Shown here piece after piece: positions 44,468 through 46,120 of a DNA stretch of 46,120 bases. Within the stretch, counting starts at the first letter, position 1; every line of letters begins with the position of its first letter. Location: the IMG/VR virus record IMGVR_UViG_3300025451_000021, positions 1 through 46,120 of that record. The stretch is one strand, 5' to 3'. The notes beneath the pieces were generated by a model. It saw only the letters and a program-made list of their open reading frames with translations. It did no database searches and was not told where the DNA came from. The position numbers were made by a program, and so were the translations under genes. The DNA is from a virus (Duplodnaviria > Caudoviricetes).

Positions 44468-45409
44468 TCAATCTTTGTAGTCCAGATTGATTACCTTGAA
44501 TGACCACGTTTGATCTACCGCGCGGACAACGACTCCTTCGCCGCGCCATCCGTTGGGGTACTGGATGGCAGCAAGTTTGCGCAGTTCGTCGGCGGTGTGT
44601 AGGCGTTGCTCAACAGGTATTTCGCGCGCAAGTGGCATTTCGGTTGCCGGGAATTGCTTGCGTGACAGCCTTGTCCACTGACCATTGAGTCGCACGAATG
44701 CCCCAAACAAGCGGCCTTCCAGGTTTGTCAGGCCCATTGGGTTGCCTTGCACGCCGGGGCCGACGACTTCAAATTGCACGGCAGTGCCAAACGGCATCCC
44801 TTCTAACTTGTACTTGCGCGCAGTTGTCCAGTAGACGTTGTGTGCCCCGGTCTTTGTAGGCTCTCGCAACTCCCAATTTCGAGAGGCGACATGTAAGCCG
44901 CTTTCATCAACCCATGCTGTGCAGCTTGAGCCATCGGCTTTTTCTGTCACGTAAAACGGCTGCGTCATCAGTTGCTCAAAGTACACAGTCTGGAAGTTGG
45001 GCTCGTCGGTCGTGGGCAGGAATGACGGGAATGCACCGACGGCATCGCCGCCCATACCTGCTGGGATTGGCTTTTCGTACTTGGTGACGCCCAGGGCCTC
45101 GGTCAAGTCTGTGCCGGGTGGCATGTCGGGGGCGCCCGAGACAATCAGGCACTCGCTGGGAACGCCTTTGAACCGAGCCATGCGCACGCGCCAATTGTGC
45201 CGCTCCATGAATGCCCAGCGGTCACTGGGAGGCAGGATGGCATCTTGCAGGAACACGGTCACCATGTCGCCCACCTGGGTGGCATTGGACACGACGCCGC
45301 TCCACTTGCCAGATTCGCCGCACACAACCACCGCCTGGATGATGAGGTCAGCACCTGGGATGCTGGCCGTTTCGGTGATGCGGCCAACCACTGCGAGAGA
45401 TTTTTTCAT
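44468..45409 (-). CDS. ATP-dependent RNA ligase (DRB0094/Rnl2-like)
   Basis: IPGAD.I OB-like N-terminus; FPSF.P.TDE; TEKADGSS motif I; SRN; GPGVQGN; EGVVVR; SFKVIN. Confidence 0.88.
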   Translation of the reverse strand: MKKSLAVVGRITETASIPGADLIIQAVVVCGESGKWSGVVSNATQVGDMVTVFLQDAILPPSDRWAFMERHNWRVRMARFKGVPSECLIVSGAPDMPPGTDLTEALGVTKYEKPIPAGMGGDAVGAFPSFLPTTDEPNFQTVYFEQLMTQPFYVTEKADGSSCTAWVDESGLHVASRNWELREPTKTGAHNVYWTTARKYKLEGMPFGTAVQFEVVGPGVQGNPMGLTNLEGRLFGAFVRLNGQWTRLSRKQFPATEMPLAREIPVEQRLHTADELRKLAAIQYPNGWRGEGVVVRAVDQTWSFKVINLDYKD

Positions 45410-45451
45410 TTTCAATCCTTTTGTGCCGCCAGCGCTTTACTGGCGTGCGTC

Positions 45452-45961
45452 TTAGAAAGGTATGTCGTCGTCCATGTCATCAAACCCGCTGCTGCTCTGC
45501 GCTGGCGGCGGCGCTGGCGGGCGCTGGCGTGGTGCGTCATAGCCTTGCTGCGGCCGTGGTGCCGGTGCGGCGGTGCGCTGCTGTGGCTGCTGTGGCTGCT
45601 GTTGCTGCTGGCCCTGCCGGTCACGGTCGCCGCCCAGCAATTGCAGCTCGGTGGCCACAATTTCCACGGTGTTTTTTTCCTGGCCCGATTCGCGGTCGGT
45701 GTACTTGCCGTACTTGATGCGGCCCTCCACGTAAATGGGGTGGCCCTTGCGCACGTACTCGCCCACGATCTCGGCCAGGCGTTCAAAGAACTGCACGCGG
45801 TGCCACTGGGTGTCCTCGATGACCTCGCCCGTTTCGCGGTTCTTGCGCTTTGATGTGGTGGCCAGGCTGATGCTGGTGGCTGCTTTTCCGTCAGGCAGAT
45901 AGCGCAGCTCAGGGTCGCGGCCTACGTTGCCCAGCAGGGTGACTTTGTTCACTGATGCCAT
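45452..45961 (-). CDS. ssb: Single-stranded DNA-binding protein
   Basis: MASVNKV.L.GN.GRDPE; WHRV; DDDIPF tail. Confidence 0.97.
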   Translation of the reverse strand: MASVNKVTLLGNVGRDPELRYLPDGKAATSISLATTSKRKNRETGEVIEDTQWHRVQFFERLAEIVGEYVRKGHPIYVEGRIKYGKYTDRESGQEKNTVEIVATELQLLGGDRDRQGQQQQQPQQPQQRTAAPAPRPQQGYDAPRQRPPAPPPAQSSSGFDDMDDDIPF

Positions 45962-45963
45962 GG

Positions 45964-46119
45964 TCAGGCCACCTTGCTCATCGCGTGCACCACGGCGCGG
46001 AAAATGAAGTCCTTGGCCTGCTGCTCGCGTGGTAGCTGGTCAAAGGGCACCATGCATGGGTGCTCTTTCTTCTCGGCGTCCTTGACGGGGCCATACACCC
46101 AGCCCTCGTCCTGCTTCTG
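45964..46119 (-). CDS. RyR-domain protein, 5'-partial
   Basis: Manual translation GWVYGPVKDAEKKEHPCMVPFDQLP.EQQAKD. Confidence 0.8.
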   Translation of the reverse strand, partial: QKQDEGWVYGPVKDAEKKEHPCMVPFDQLPREQQAKDFIFRAVVHAMSKVA

Positions 46120-46120
46120 C

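Noticed and set aside
1-46120. tRNA, rRNA, CRISPR array, integrase/intI, DNA polymerase
   Set aside because: None recognised by eye; the genome continues beyond the window, so absence from the phage is not established.

Overview
The window holds most of a ~60% GC dsDNA tailed phage of podovirus type, probably infecting a Betaproteobacterium (inferred from composition and protein families). The + strand carries a ParB-like protein, an SF2 helicase, a Toprim primase, nin-like genes, TerS, a promoter-bearing insert, TerL, spike/fibre genes, portal, ejection proteins, a 3404-aa polyvalent virion protein, scaffold, an N4-gp56-like capsid, tail and lysis genes. The - strand carries an accessory/early arm: DNA methyltransferase, Ead-like and hypothetical genes, RNA ligase, SSB and a RyR-domain protein. 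No integrase, DNA polymerase, tRNA or CRISPR array was seen. Four features stand out. (1) A 316-aa intein in the TerL Walker A has no recognisable in-frame endonuclease but encodes a complete HTH-HNH endonuclease gene on its antisense strand. (2) Three integron-like cassettes sit in the accessory arm, with two canonical attC hairpins, one 19-bp mini-site and complementary R'/R'' ends; their phage genes run opposite to the attC sites and read through the junctions, and there is no intI in the window. (3) A four-copy GGCATATATGCC palindrome with a -10-like hexamer at fixed spacing precedes the late gene blocks. (4) A ~280-nt densely structured element follows the primase. All family assignments come from motif recognition by eye, not database searches.
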